DNA of 64,000 nt. Source: an uncultured delta proteobacterium (lineage in GTDB: Bacteria; Desulfobacterota; Binatia; UBA9968). Position 1 is the stretch's first letter; each line of letters begins with the position of its first letter. The translations under genes were made by a program, and so were the position numbers. The notes under the pieces are model-generated. The model saw only the letters and a list, made by a program, of their open reading frames with translations, was not told the DNA's origin and made no database searches. The stretch spans positions 736,001 to 800,000 of the forward strand of contig CAVUVW010000014.1 in NCBI GenBank assembly GCA_963745035.1. The letters run 5' to 3'. Positions 1 through 9,113 of the stretch are shown one piece after another.

Positions 1-480
1 GCGCTTGAGCGCTTCGCCGACGTTGGCGTACACGCGCTCTTCCACGAGCTGTCCGTTGACCCAGTAATCCAGCGACGGCTGGTCGGTAAAATTAATATCC
101 ACGAAGCGCGCGCCCGCCGGTTCCCCCGTGATGATGATCCGGATCGAATAACCGGCGTCGATGACGAGGCCCCTGGAGTTGGGCGGCAAGGGCAGGCTGC
201 TCTTGATCTTGGCCAGCTTCTCCGGCGGATAGTTGCCGATTTCCAGCGAGTAGTAGCCCCATTCACCGGGCGCGGCGGCGAGGCCTTGCAAAAGTTTGGC
301 ATTGATATCGACGAGGTTCTTCGCCGCCTGGTCCTGATTGTAGTTCTTGAGCAGCTCGTAGGCCCACTTCTCGATGATGCCCTTTTCCGGTGTCGCGGTC
401 TTTTCCCGCTCCTTGACCGCCGGGCCACGGTCGATCCACCATTTGGTTTCGTCGAATGCGGGCGTTTTCTCTTCTGCCAT
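1..480 (-). CDS. hypothetical protein (3' end runs off window)
   Basis: Manually translated open frame MAEEKTPAFDETKWWIDRG...VYANVGEALKR from ATG at 480, directly downstream of the 514-1506 gene; no motif recognised. Confidence 0.7.
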   Translation of the reverse strand, partial: MAEEKTPAFDETKWWIDRGPAVKEREKTATPEKGIIEKWAYELLKNYNQDQAAKNLVDINAKLLQGLAAAPGEWGYYSLEIGNYPPEKLAKIKSSLPLPPNSRGLVIDAGYSIRIIITGEPAGARFVDINFTDQPSLDYWVNGQLVEERVYANVGEALKR

Positions 481-513
481 GGAACTTCACCGGCGCTCGA
501 GGCTTGCTCGACG

Positions 514-1506
514 CTAGATTTTGAATTCCTCCAAGGTGCTCCGCGCAAACAGCGAATCGACTTCCAGCCGCTTGCTGATCAATCCCTGCTCGTGGGTGTA
601 CTGCACCAGGGTTTCGAGAATATGGCGATTGGCTTCCAATCCGTAGGCCCAAGGATCCGGCCCGAGCGCTTCGCGTTCCTTTTCCATCTCATCGATCGAC
701 CACGCGAGCATGTATTTCAGCGCCGAGAACTCGTACATCGCCTCCTGGCAGAGCCGCTTGGATTCTTCGAACGCCTTGAACAGGCTCTGCGCGATCCAGG
801 GATGTTTCTCGTAGACCTCTTCGCGGATGACCATGGTGTGCATGATTGGAAAAATCTTCGTGCGCTTGAAGTAGTCCTGCTCGACTTCGCGAAAATTGGG
901 AATCAGGCGCTGCACCTTGGGATGGCGGCGCACGAACGGCGACGGCATGTGCGCCGAGATCATGGCGTCGATCTCGCCTTTTTCGAGCATGCCTGAGAGT
1001 GTCTTGTCCGGCGGAATCGCCTGAATATCGATGCTCGGCGGGAGGTTATGTTTGACTTTGTCCTGTCGTCCCGGGTGCTCTTCGCCTCCGGTGAACCATT
1101 TCATTTTCTCCGGCGCCACGCCGTACTCGTGCTGCAGTATGCCGCGCGCCCACGTCGCCATGGTGATTTGATACTCGGGAACGCCCACCCGCTTGCCGAC
1201 CATGTCGGCGGGCTTTTTGATTCTCGAATCGGTATTGATGTAAATGCACGAATGACGAAAAGTTTTCGACGGAAAAACCGGAATCCCGATCAGCCGCGGC
1301 GCGCCTTTATCGCGCGACATCAAGAACGAACCGGTGGACATTTCCGCCACGTCGAATTCGCCGTAGCGTAGCATGCGCCAGAAAGTCTCCTCCACGCGCA
1401 GCGGCAAGTAAGTGAGATCGACTCCCTCGACCTCCACCCGGCCGTCCTGAAGGGCGCGCGTACGGTCGTAATCCCAGCAGGCCAACGTCAACCGGATCTT
1501 CCCCAT
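514..1506 (-). CDS. 4,5-dihydroxyphthalate decarboxylase-like / PBP2-fold substrate-binding family protein
   Basis: MGKIRLTLACWDYDRTRAL..., FPSKTFRHS, GKRVGVPEYQITM, IFPIMH, DPWAYGLEAN motifs; true start is the internal Met of the 584-aa track ORF. Confidence 0.8.
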   Translation of the reverse strand: MGKIRLTLACWDYDRTRALQDGRVEVEGVDLTYLPLRVEETFWRMLRYGEFDVAEMSTGSFLMSRDKGAPRLIGIPVFPSKTFRHSCIYINTDSRIKKPADMVGKRVGVPEYQITMATWARGILQHEYGVAPEKMKWFTGGEEHPGRQDKVKHNLPPSIDIQAIPPDKTLSGMLEKGEIDAMISAHMPSPFVRRHPKVQRLIPNFREVEQDYFKRTKIFPIMHTMVIREEVYEKHPWIAQSLFKAFEESKRLCQEAMYEFSALKYMLAWSIDEMEKEREALGPDPWAYGLEANRHILETLVQYTHEQGLISKRLEVDSLFARSTLEEFKI

Positions 1507-1528
1507 GACTTCTCCTTGATATTTGAAT

Positions 1529-1729
1529 TCAGGATTGAACGCCGGCGAGAAACTGGTTGGCGCTGATGACGAACTGTTCCTTCTCGCCCTCCAACACGAC
1601 GGCCGCTTCGCCCGAAGCCAGCGTGGTGCGCCGCTGCACTCTATACGGTTTGCCTTTAAACCGGACCTGCATACCGGGACAATACTGGCGCAGCCGCTCG
1701 TGATCGTTTTGCGGATCAATCTTTTCCAT
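1529..1729 (-). CDS. small hypothetical protein (66 aa)
   Basis: Protein-like composition, co-oriented and 22 bp upstream of the next gene. Confidence 0.55.
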   Translation of the reverse strand: MEKIDPQNDHERLRQYCPGMQVRFKGKPYRVQRRTTLASGEAAVVLEGEKEQFVISANQFLAGVQS

Positions 1730-1878
1730 CGCTTGGGTTTCATACCATATCGGTGCACAAAGCTGAAATCGCCCGGGAGTTTGGCGCTTGGATCATCTAC
1801 AATCCGGCACGAGTTCTTAATTGGCGCCGCGAAATTGACATCACCATCACCCGAGAATAAAGTCGCGGCGAGGGAATA

Positions 1879-2815
1879 ATGCGCATTGCCGTGATGGGAA
1901 CCGGCGCGGTGGGCGGCTACTTCGGCGCAAAGCTTGCCGCCGCCGGACACGATCTGGCCTTTATCGCCCGGGGCAAACACCTCGAAGCGATGCTCCACGC
2001 GGGACTTCGAATTAAAAGCCCCAACGGCAATCTCCATATCAGCGATGCCCTTTTTGCCAGGGACCCTGCCGCATACGGCCCAGCGGAACTCGTGCTCTTC
2101 TGCGTCAAGTCTTACGACACCGAAGCTGCGGCAGAAACTCTCGCGCCATTGATCGGCGACGAAACCGCGGTTCTCTCGTTGCAGAACGGCGTCGATAACC
2201 CAGAGAAGATCGCACGACGCTGGGGAACCGGGCGATGTTTGCCCGGCGTTGTCTACCTCGGCGCCCAAGTGGCCGCGCCGGGGCTAGTTCTTCACTCCTC
2301 GGGCGGCAAGATCGTCTTCGGGGCATCATCCGGTCCCCCCGGAACGGCCGCCGAGCACATCGAACAAACCCTTTCGTCGGCGGGCATCCCGTGCTCGATC
2401 AGCGAGAACATCGAGAAGGTTCAATGGTCCAAACTCTTATGGAATGCGCCGTTCTGCGCGATCAGCGCTCTGGCGCGCGCCGACGTGAAACAGATCCTCG
2501 AATGCCAACCGCTCACGACACTCGCCATCGACTGCATGGCGGAAGTGCAAGCGGCAGCGCTCACGCGCGGCGTCGATTTGCCGGGCGCGCTGTTTGAGGA
2601 GACCATCGCTTTTTCAGCCGCCTTAGGCAGCTTTCAAACCTTCCATGCTGCAAGATTTGGAAGCTGGCAAACCGCTCGAATACGAAGCCTTCAACGGGCT
2701 CGTCGTAAAAATATTGCAGCAAGCCGGCCACGCCGCGCCGGTCAATCAAAGCTTCTACGCTTTGCTCCAGCAACTCGACAAAAAACCTCGCGAGGAGGCC
2801 GCGCGCCAGTCATGA
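1879..2815 (+). CDS. panE: 2-dehydropantoate 2-reductase (ketopantoate reductase) with an apparent +1 frameshift near 2633
   Basis: GTGAVGG Rossmann motif, LFCVKSYD, SLQNG, WSKLLWNA; C-terminus KPSMLQDLEAGKPLEYEAFNG continues in another frame to TGA 2815. Confidence 0.85.
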
Positions 2816-3723
2816 TCAACGTCATTCGCTCCTTCATCCTTTGCCTGCTTATTTGTGTGGCGGTCAGCGCGCATTTTACCCATGCACTCGGCGCTCAAAC
2901 GGAAGATAAGACCTTGGTTGCCAGGGGGCAGTACATTTTCGCCGTCGCCGGAGGTTGTGCCTGCCACACGGTCCCGAAAGAAACGCTGCACGCCGGCGGC
3001 CGCGCTTTCCCGATCCCCTTCGGCACCGTTTACAGCACCAATATCACCCAAGACAAAGAAACCGGCTTGGGCGCGTGGACCGATCAACAAATCATCGACG
3101 CGATCGTAAAGGGCATTCGGCCGGACGGCAGCCGCTCGTTGCCGGTGATGCCGTACGAAAAATATTCCGGCATGGCCCAGGAAGATTTGAAGGCGCTGGT
3201 CGCTTACCTGCGAACACTCAAGCCGGTGAAGAAAGCCACTCCGCAGCTCAAGACCAAGGCGCCCTTCGTGCGCGGTCTCGGGACGCCGGCGTACTTGAAA
3301 TTGTTCGGCCGTTTCAGCAGCGCGCCGCCGGCACAGGCTCCCAAAGGCGGAGTCGAACGGGGGCGCTACCTCGTCGATCACGTCTCGCTTTGCGGCGACT
3401 GCCATACGCCGCGAAATTTTCTCGGCGTGCCGAAGCAATCGCTCTATATGGCCGGCGCCGGCCAGGACATCGGCCCCTTGGGCGAAGCTGTGCCGAATAT
3501 CACGCCGGATAAAGAAACCGGCATCGGCAGTTGGAAGCGCGAGGAAATCGCCGAGCTGCTCAACTCCGGCACGAAACCGGATTTCGACAACGTCCAGGGC
3601 CTCATGTACGAGGTCATCCAGGGGACGTCGTATGGCTACAAAGACATGACCAAGGAGGATGCCCTGGCGATCGCCGACTATTTAAAAACGATCCCGGCCA
3701 TCGCCAACAAGATCGGCAAATAG
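2812..3723 (+). CDS. exported diheme cytochrome c (gluconate/alcohol dehydrogenase cytochrome-subunit-like)
   Basis: Signal peptide, ARGQY..., CACH and CGDCH heme motifs, repeated NITxDKETGxGxW; ATG overlaps the panE stop (ATGA). Confidence 0.85.
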   Translation: MINVIRSFILCLLICVAVSAHFTHALGAQTEDKTLVARGQYIFAVAGGCACHTVPKETLHAGGRAFPIPFGTVYSTNITQDKETGLGAWTDQQIIDAIVKGIRPDGSRSLPVMPYEKYSGMAQEDLKALVAYLRTLKPVKKATPQLKTKAPFVRGLGTPAYLKLFGRFSSAPPAQAPKGGVERGRYLVDHVSLCGDCHTPRNFLGVPKQSLYMAGAGQDIGPLGEAVPNITPDKETGIGSWKREEIAELLNSGTKPDFDNVQGLMYEVIQGTSYGYKDMTKEDALAIADYLKTIPAIANKIGK

Positions 3724-3821
3724 CTCTGGAAACACGTTGGCACACGGCAGCTGCCGATCATCTCTCGGGGAGCGTCGGTATCACTCATTAAAAAATCTGG
3801 CTTCGGGAGAAGCGTAAGTTC

Positions 3822-4069
3822 GTCATGCCCGCGAGGCGGGCATCCAGGTTGATCGCGAATTCCGCAGTCGCACTTGGTTCAGTTCGGCGATCCTGGAGTC
3901 GCGAGACACTCAAGGGCGCAGCCGCAAAGCCTTCTCACGCCTGGCAATTTATCTCCTTCGCTATGGAAGGATGGCGTCCCGCCGGCTCCACCGCGGATTT
4001 CGTGTTGATATGAGGGATGTATGTGAGGCACACACCCTGGATACCTCGCTGGGAGCCTGCGGGAATGAC
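3822..4069. repeat. REP/REPIN-like palindromic element
   Basis: GTCATGCCCGCGAGGCGGGCATCCAGG (3822-3848) and an inverted partner CCTGGATAC...GCGGGAATGAC (4036-4069) between convergent genes. Confidence 0.55.
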
Positions 4070-4115
4070 CCGAGTGGGAAATCGACTGCGCGCTTTTGTT
4101 TGGCGAGGGAGCGCG

Positions 4116-5102
4116 TTAATTCCGCGGCACTTGCTTAAGGATCTCGCCGATCACTTGGTCGGTGGTGATATTCTCGGCTTCCGCCTGGAAGTTGAGGATC
4201 AGACGGTGGCGCAAGGCCGAATGTAAAACCCGCTCGACGTCTTCGTAGCTCACGTGCACGCGGTTCTCGGCCAGCGCCTGGCCCTTGGCGCCGAGAATCA
4301 CCGCTTGAGCGCCGCGCGGACTAGCGCCGAATCGGATGTACTGCTTGACCAGCGTTTTCACCCCTCCGCCGTTGCCGGCCTCCGGCTGGGTCGCGTGGAC
4401 CAAGCGCACCACGTAGTCCTCAATTGGCGGCGCGATCATGACTTGGCGCAGGAGCTGCTGCATCTCACCGACCAGGCGGCCGCCGTCTTCGGGCAGCACC
4501 TTGGAAACCTCTCCGGTGGACGTGCCGGTGGTGCGCTTGAGAATCTCCTTGAGCTCGGCCGGCGCCGGCGCCGTCACGAGCAGCTTAAAGAAGAAGCGAT
4601 CCAATTGCGCTTCCGGCAGCGGGTATGTCCCTTCGAGCTCGATCGGGTTTTGGGTGGCGAGCACGATGAACGGCGACTCGAGAATATGGGACTCCCCGAA
4701 AACGGTTACCTGCTTCTCTTCCATCGCTTCGAGCACCGCCGACTGGGTCTTCGGCGTCGCGCGATTGATCTCGTCGGCGAGCACGACGTGGGCGAAAATC
4801 GGCCCGCGCTTGAACTGAAATTCGCGCCGGCCGTTGTTCTCGGTGAGCACCTCGGTGCCGACGATATCTGAGGGCATCAGGTCGGGCGTAAATTGAATGC
4901 GTTTGAAGGACATGCCCAGGGCCTGGCTCAACGATTTCACAAGCAGTGTCTTGCCCAGGCCCGGCACGCCTTCGAGCAGGACATGTCCGCCGGCAAAAAA
5001 GGCGATCAGGATGCGCCGGACGAGGTCACTGTGGCCGACAATGACCTTCTGCACTTCGGTCTCGAGGCGCTTGAACGTTTGCTGAAATTGTTCCGGCTCC
5101 AT
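4116..5102 (-). CDS. moxR: MoxR-family AAA+ ATPase
   Basis: HVLLEGVPGLGKT, RIQFTPDLMPSD, LADEINR, ATQNPIELEGTYPLPEAQLDRF, GASPRG. Confidence 0.95.
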   Translation of the reverse strand: MEPEQFQQTFKRLETEVQKVIVGHSDLVRRILIAFFAGGHVLLEGVPGLGKTLLVKSLSQALGMSFKRIQFTPDLMPSDIVGTEVLTENNGRREFQFKRGPIFAHVVLADEINRATPKTQSAVLEAMEEKQVTVFGESHILESPFIVLATQNPIELEGTYPLPEAQLDRFFFKLLVTAPAPAELKEILKRTTGTSTGEVSKVLPEDGGRLVGEMQQLLRQVMIAPPIEDYVVRLVHATQPEAGNGGGVKTLVKQYIRFGASPRGAQAVILGAKGQALAENRVHVSYEDVERVLHSALRHRLILNFQAEAENITTDQVIGEILKQVPRN

Positions 5103-5110
5103 GAAGCTCC

Positions 5111-6502
5111 TCAACGAATAATCCCGCGGTACTCGATCGGCACCTGTTGCTTTTCAGTCGGGGCATTCGGCACGTGAGCCGGCAGCGGCGCATTGCTTAC
5201 CGGGACTTGCGATCTCGCCCGTGCGTTCTTCGATTCTTTAGTCGTTCGGCTTTCTCCCTTAGCGTCGGCGACCGTTTCCTCCGGTAGCTGCACCGTAACG
5301 TATCCCTTGCCGGCTAACCCCTCTTTTCCTTCGCCCGGCTTGTAAAAGCGCTCCGCCGGCGATCCGCCCTGGGGCGGCGGCTCTTCCGATGCTTGCTGTT
5401 TGCCGGCGCCTTCTTTGGAACCGCCCGGCGTTTTGCCGGCTTTCTCCTTGGTCGGATCGTTGGTCGGCTGGTTCGGGTCCGGCTGGTTTTGATTGTTCTT
5501 CGTGTCACCCGTCTGGTTCTTTTCCTGTCCCTGCTCCTTCGGGTTTGCCTTCGCCGATTTGCCCTGGTCGAATTCTTCCCGGCCCAACTTCGCGCTCGAC
5601 TCGCCCGTGCCGTCGCCGCTGCCTTGGTTTTGCTTGTTTTCTCCCTCGCCGTCTTGCGGCGCATTGCTTTGAATTCCGCCGCCTTTTTGTTGTTGCTGCT
5701 CGCCTTGCCCGCGCGCCGCCTGCTGCTCCTTTTTCAAACTGCTGATCGCGCTCGCTGCTTCGCCGAGCAAATTGCGGCTTTCGTTTTCCTGCTCTTTTTT
5801 TTGCTGCTCTTCGATCCGCTGTTCCATTTTTTCGATGGCCGCTTGCTTCTCGGCGGGAGGAGCCTTCGGCTCGTCGAGTTTTACCGCCAGCTCTTTAAGC
5901 TCTTGCCCAAGCGCCCGAAGACTTGGCTTCGCGGCCATGCGCTGGACGACGTCCGCCACGCGCTCCTGGGCGCTCACCCGATAAGGGGCAGCCGGAGGGA
6001 TGGGCACAAGGAAATAGATCAGCAGCGCCACAACCAGAGAAACTCCGAGCGACCAATATGCCGAACTCTTGAATCGATACGGAAAGTCGCGGGCGAGCTC
6101 TACTCGATGAACGAACCCTTCGGTTTGCAGGCGCAGCCGCGCGAGAAACGGCGCCGCTTGGCTCGCCGGATCGATGGTTGCCAGCGTGAGAAAATGATCC
6201 TTAGCGCCCGATCTTTGATCGACCAAACCCGCGGCGCCGCGAACGTTTGGCAGCAGCGGCCGGCGCCGCAGCAAAACGGCAACCGTCGTCAGCGCCGCAA
6301 CCACACCGGCGGCGGAAAGCGCGCCGGTGGGCGTCAGCCAACCGGTCCGAAGCAGCAGAGCAACGATAAAAACGCCGGCGGCGGCCGGCGGTCCGAAAAA
6401 CAGCAGGACGTCCCAAAGCGCGTGGCGGCTCAACCGATCGACCAAGCGGTGAACCAGACTCTCCGCTCCGGCGCGGTTGACTTGGCGGGAGAGCACCTGC
6501 AT
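5111..6502 (-). CDS. membrane protein with coiled coil and Q/G/E-rich low-complexity tail (MoxR-associated)
   Basis: Three hydrophobic segments, helical middle, disordered tail ending VPIEYRGII; immediately upstream of moxR. Confidence 0.75.
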   Translation of the reverse strand: MQVLSRQVNRAGAESLVHRLVDRLSRHALWDVLLFFGPPAAAGVFIVALLLRTGWLTPTGALSAAGVVAALTTVAVLLRRRPLLPNVRGAAGLVDQRSGAKDHFLTLATIDPASQAAPFLARLRLQTEGFVHRVELARDFPYRFKSSAYWSLGVSLVVALLIYFLVPIPPAAPYRVSAQERVADVVQRMAAKPSLRALGQELKELAVKLDEPKAPPAEKQAAIEKMEQRIEEQQKKEQENESRNLLGEAASAISSLKKEQQAARGQGEQQQQKGGGIQSNAPQDGEGENKQNQGSGDGTGESSAKLGREEFDQGKSAKANPKEQGQEKNQTGDTKNNQNQPDPNQPTNDPTKEKAGKTPGGSKEGAGKQQASEEPPPQGGSPAERFYKPGEGKEGLAGKGYVTVQLPEETVADAKGESRTTKESKNARARSQVPVSNAPLPAHVPNAPTEKQQVPIEYRGIIR

Positions 6503-6547
6503 CGGCGCAACTATAACATGTCGAAGAGAGCGGCTTAAACTCGGCGT

Positions 6548-7579
6548 TCAGCGGCGCGACGGCGCTTTGGAACGGCTCGCCGGTTCACGCGCCGGCTGAT
6601 AGGTCTTGACCGCCTGGTTATGCGCCTCGATGGTTTCGGAAAAGAGGTGCGTGCCGTCGTTCCTGGAGACAAAGTAAAGATACGGAACTTGGGCCGGCTG
6701 CAGCGCCGCCCGGATCGAGGAGAGACCCGGATTGCAGATCGGCCCGGGAGGCAAGGCGGTGATTCGATACGTGTTGTAAGGAGTCGGCTCCTGCAAATTT
6801 TTACGCGTCAGGTTGCCGCTAAACTCCTTGATCCCGTAAATTACGGTGGGATCGCTTTGCAGCGGCATTTGCCGTTTCAAGCGATTGTGGAACACCGCCG
6901 AGACCACCGGCCGTTCGGCGTCGATGCCGGTTTCCTTTTCAATGATCGAGGCGAGGGTAAGAATCTCGTGCGGCGTCAGCGCGGTCGCGTTATCGCCTTG
7001 ATTTAACAGCGGCAGCGAAATTTTGCGGAACTGCTCCGTCATCGCGACGATGATATCTTTTTCCGGGGTGGACGGCGTGAAATGGTAGGTGCTCGGAAAC
7101 AAATAGCCTTCGATTCCTTTGCTGCTGAACCCGAGACTTGCTAAAAAACTCGGATCCTTGACCAAGGCGAGAAACTTGTCCTTGTCGGCGATCTGCATTT
7201 TATCGAGCAGCTCAGCGATTTCCTTAACGGTCATGCCTTCGGGAATCGTGATGATTTGAAAGATCCCCCGTCCGGTGATCAGACGGTCGAGAATTTCGCG
7301 CGGCGGCGTAGGCGCGTCGAATCGATACAGACCTTGATGGATTTTCTTTTCGACGCCGCTTACACGCGCCCAGAGGGAGAACAAAAACCCGTTGGCGATG
7401 AGGCGCCGGTCGCGCAGCTTGCGCGACACCGCGGCGAGCGAATCGCCATGCTCGACCCGGATTTCCGCCGGGTAGAGTTCGGGCGCGGGCGTCCAGTGAT
7501 GGATATGATAGAGCAAGACGCCGGCGCTTATGCCCGCGCCCAAAAGCGCGGCCAGGAGAACAATTCGTAATGTTTTCAC
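6548..7579 (-). CDS. mltG: endolytic peptidoglycan transglycosylase MltG
   Basis: TIPEG, EGYLFPSTY, LASIIEKET, LQSDPTVIY, PYNTY...LPPGPICNPG. Confidence 0.95.
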   Translation of the reverse strand: MKTLRIVLLAALLGAGISAGVLLYHIHHWTPAPELYPAEIRVEHGDSLAAVSRKLRDRRLIANGFLFSLWARVSGVEKKIHQGLYRFDAPTPPREILDRLITGRGIFQIITIPEGMTVKEIAELLDKMQIADKDKFLALVKDPSFLASLGFSSKGIEGYLFPSTYHFTPSTPEKDIIVAMTEQFRKISLPLLNQGDNATALTPHEILTLASIIEKETGIDAERPVVSAVFHNRLKRQMPLQSDPTVIYGIKEFSGNLTRKNLQEPTPYNTYRITALPPGPICNPGLSSIRAALQPAQVPYLYFVSRNDGTHLFSETIEAHNQAVKTYQPAREPASRSKAPSRR

Positions 7580-7633
7580 AACAAGGAATTATGACCGGCG
7601 AGCTAGGATCGATTGGGAGAATGCGTGAATCAA

Positions 7634-8203
7634 TCAATTCTCCGTGGTGTTCACTTTGATCCAGCCCTCGATCTGGCGCACGAAGCCGGCGAACGGGTCT
7701 TCGCCCGGAGCGGTGCTGAAATAGGCTTTGCGCGTGTAATCGAGCGCACCGGAATAATACTCGAATTTCTTGGAAAGCTCCTGGTAAAGTAGATAGCCGG
7801 TGCGATAAAGCGAGAGATCGAGCTCGGAAACGGTCCAATATGAGCGGCTGCCTTCTTGAATATAATATTCCAGCGAGCCGATGCCTTCCACGTGCTGGCG
7901 GAACATGCCGCTCATGAAGAGCGCGTAATCGCCCGTATACTTGCGCAAGGAGCGCTCCTTGAGGACCCCGCTTTCGTCGGTCGAAGAGTCGCGCTGTTGC
8001 GCGAGCATTTCCACCATGCTGGCGACCTTACGCCCCTGCCGCCCGCGAAATTTGTAGAGATTATCGGAGCGGGCAAAGTCCGCCAGCACGTCGGCGACAT
8101 ACCCCGCCACCGTGGCGTCGTAGATGCCCAGCTGCCAAAAACTCTGGCGCACGACATCTAGGAAAAACTTCTGCAGCCGATTGTCCGAGGCACTGTTTTC
8201 CAT
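7634..8203 (-). CDS. conserved hypothetical protein
   Basis: Helical protein with YVADVLADF and GDYALFMSG segments; no function recognised. Confidence 0.7.
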   Translation of the reverse strand: MENSASDNRLQKFFLDVVRQSFWQLGIYDATVAGYVADVLADFARSDNLYKFRGRQGRKVASMVEMLAQQRDSSTDESGVLKERSLRKYTGDYALFMSGMFRQHVEGIGSLEYYIQEGSRSYWTVSELDLSLYRTGYLLYQELSKKFEYYSGALDYTRKAYFSTAPGEDPFAGFVRQIEGWIKVNTTEN

Positions 8204-8237
8204 CCCGTGCACAAAATGATACCAAAGTTACGGTGCC

Positions 8238-9113
8238 GTGAAAAGATTTTCTATTTGCCCGCGCAGCCAAATGCCCCATCCGGCCCACCACCTCTTGCGC
8301 GCGCTTTGGCTGCTCGGATCGGTAGTTATGGCCTACGGCTGCGGCATTGAAAATCGGCTGATTTTTCACCCCAGCGCGTTGATCGAGAGCACGCCGAAGC
8401 ACGCCGGTCTGGAATTCGAAGATATTTTTTTCAACGCCCGCGATGGTGTGCGCTTGAACGGCTGGTTCATTCCCCATCGCGAGGCGCGCTCCACGCTGGT
8501 TTGGTTTCATGGCAACGCCGGCAATATTGGCCATCGGGTCGACAACATCAAATTGCTCCACGACCGGGTCAAAGCGAATATCTTTATCTTTGATTATCGC
8601 GGCTACGGCCGCAGTGAAGGTGCGCCGACCGAAGAAGGCACCTATTTGGATGGGGAAGCCGCGCTCGCGCTGATGCGCGAAAAACTCGGCAAGGACGGCG
8701 CCGAGAGCATCGTTTTGTTCGGTCGTTCGTTGGGAGCCGCGGTCGCCGTGGAAATGGCGACTCGTTTTAAATCTCAGGGCTTGATCCTCGAAAGCCCTTT
8801 TCTCTCGATCGCCGAGCTGGCGCGCCTCTTCTTTCCGTTGCTGCCGATCGGCCCCTTCCTGCAAACCCGCTACGATGTTCAGGCGACGATCAAAAAAATC
8901 AAGGTCCCTGTGCTCGTGCTCCACGGCGACCGCGACGCGGTCATCCCATTCGAGCACGGCAAGCTGGTCTTCGCGGCGGCGCCGGACCCGAAAAAATTTT
9001 TTACCATCGCCGACGCCGATCACAACGACGCATACGTGGTCGGCGGGGAGGCTTATTACAAGCAGCTGAAAGACTTTATCGAGTCGACCGGGCGCGCAGC
9101 AAAGGCGAGTTAA
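8238..9113 (+). CDS. alpha/beta hydrolase (ABHD17/Bem46-like)
   Basis: FHGNAGN, DYRGYGRSEG, GRSLG nucleophile, HGDRD, DHND. Confidence 0.9.
   Translation: MKRFSICPRSQMPHPAHHLLRALWLLGSVVMAYGCGIENRLIFHPSALIESTPKHAGLEFEDIFFNARDGVRLNGWFIPHREARSTLVWFHGNAGNIGHRVDNIKLLHDRVKANIFIFDYRGYGRSEGAPTEEGTYLDGEAALALMREKLGKDGAESIVLFGRSLGAAVAVEMATRFKSQGLILESPFLSIAELARLFFPLLPIGPFLQTRYDVQATIKKIKVPVLVLHGDRDAVIPFEHGKLVFAAAPDPKKFFTIADADHNDAYVVGGEAYYKQLKDFIESTGRAAKAS

Noticed and set aside
1507-2268. Long N-terminal extension of the 584-aa ORF
   Set aside because: Antisense shadow of panE plus overlap with the 1529-1729 gene
1879-3723. 614-aa PanE-cytochrome c fusion
   Set aside because: Artefact of a +1 indel near 2633; the PanE C-terminus and stop lie in another frame and the cytochrome has its own RBS, ATG and signal peptide
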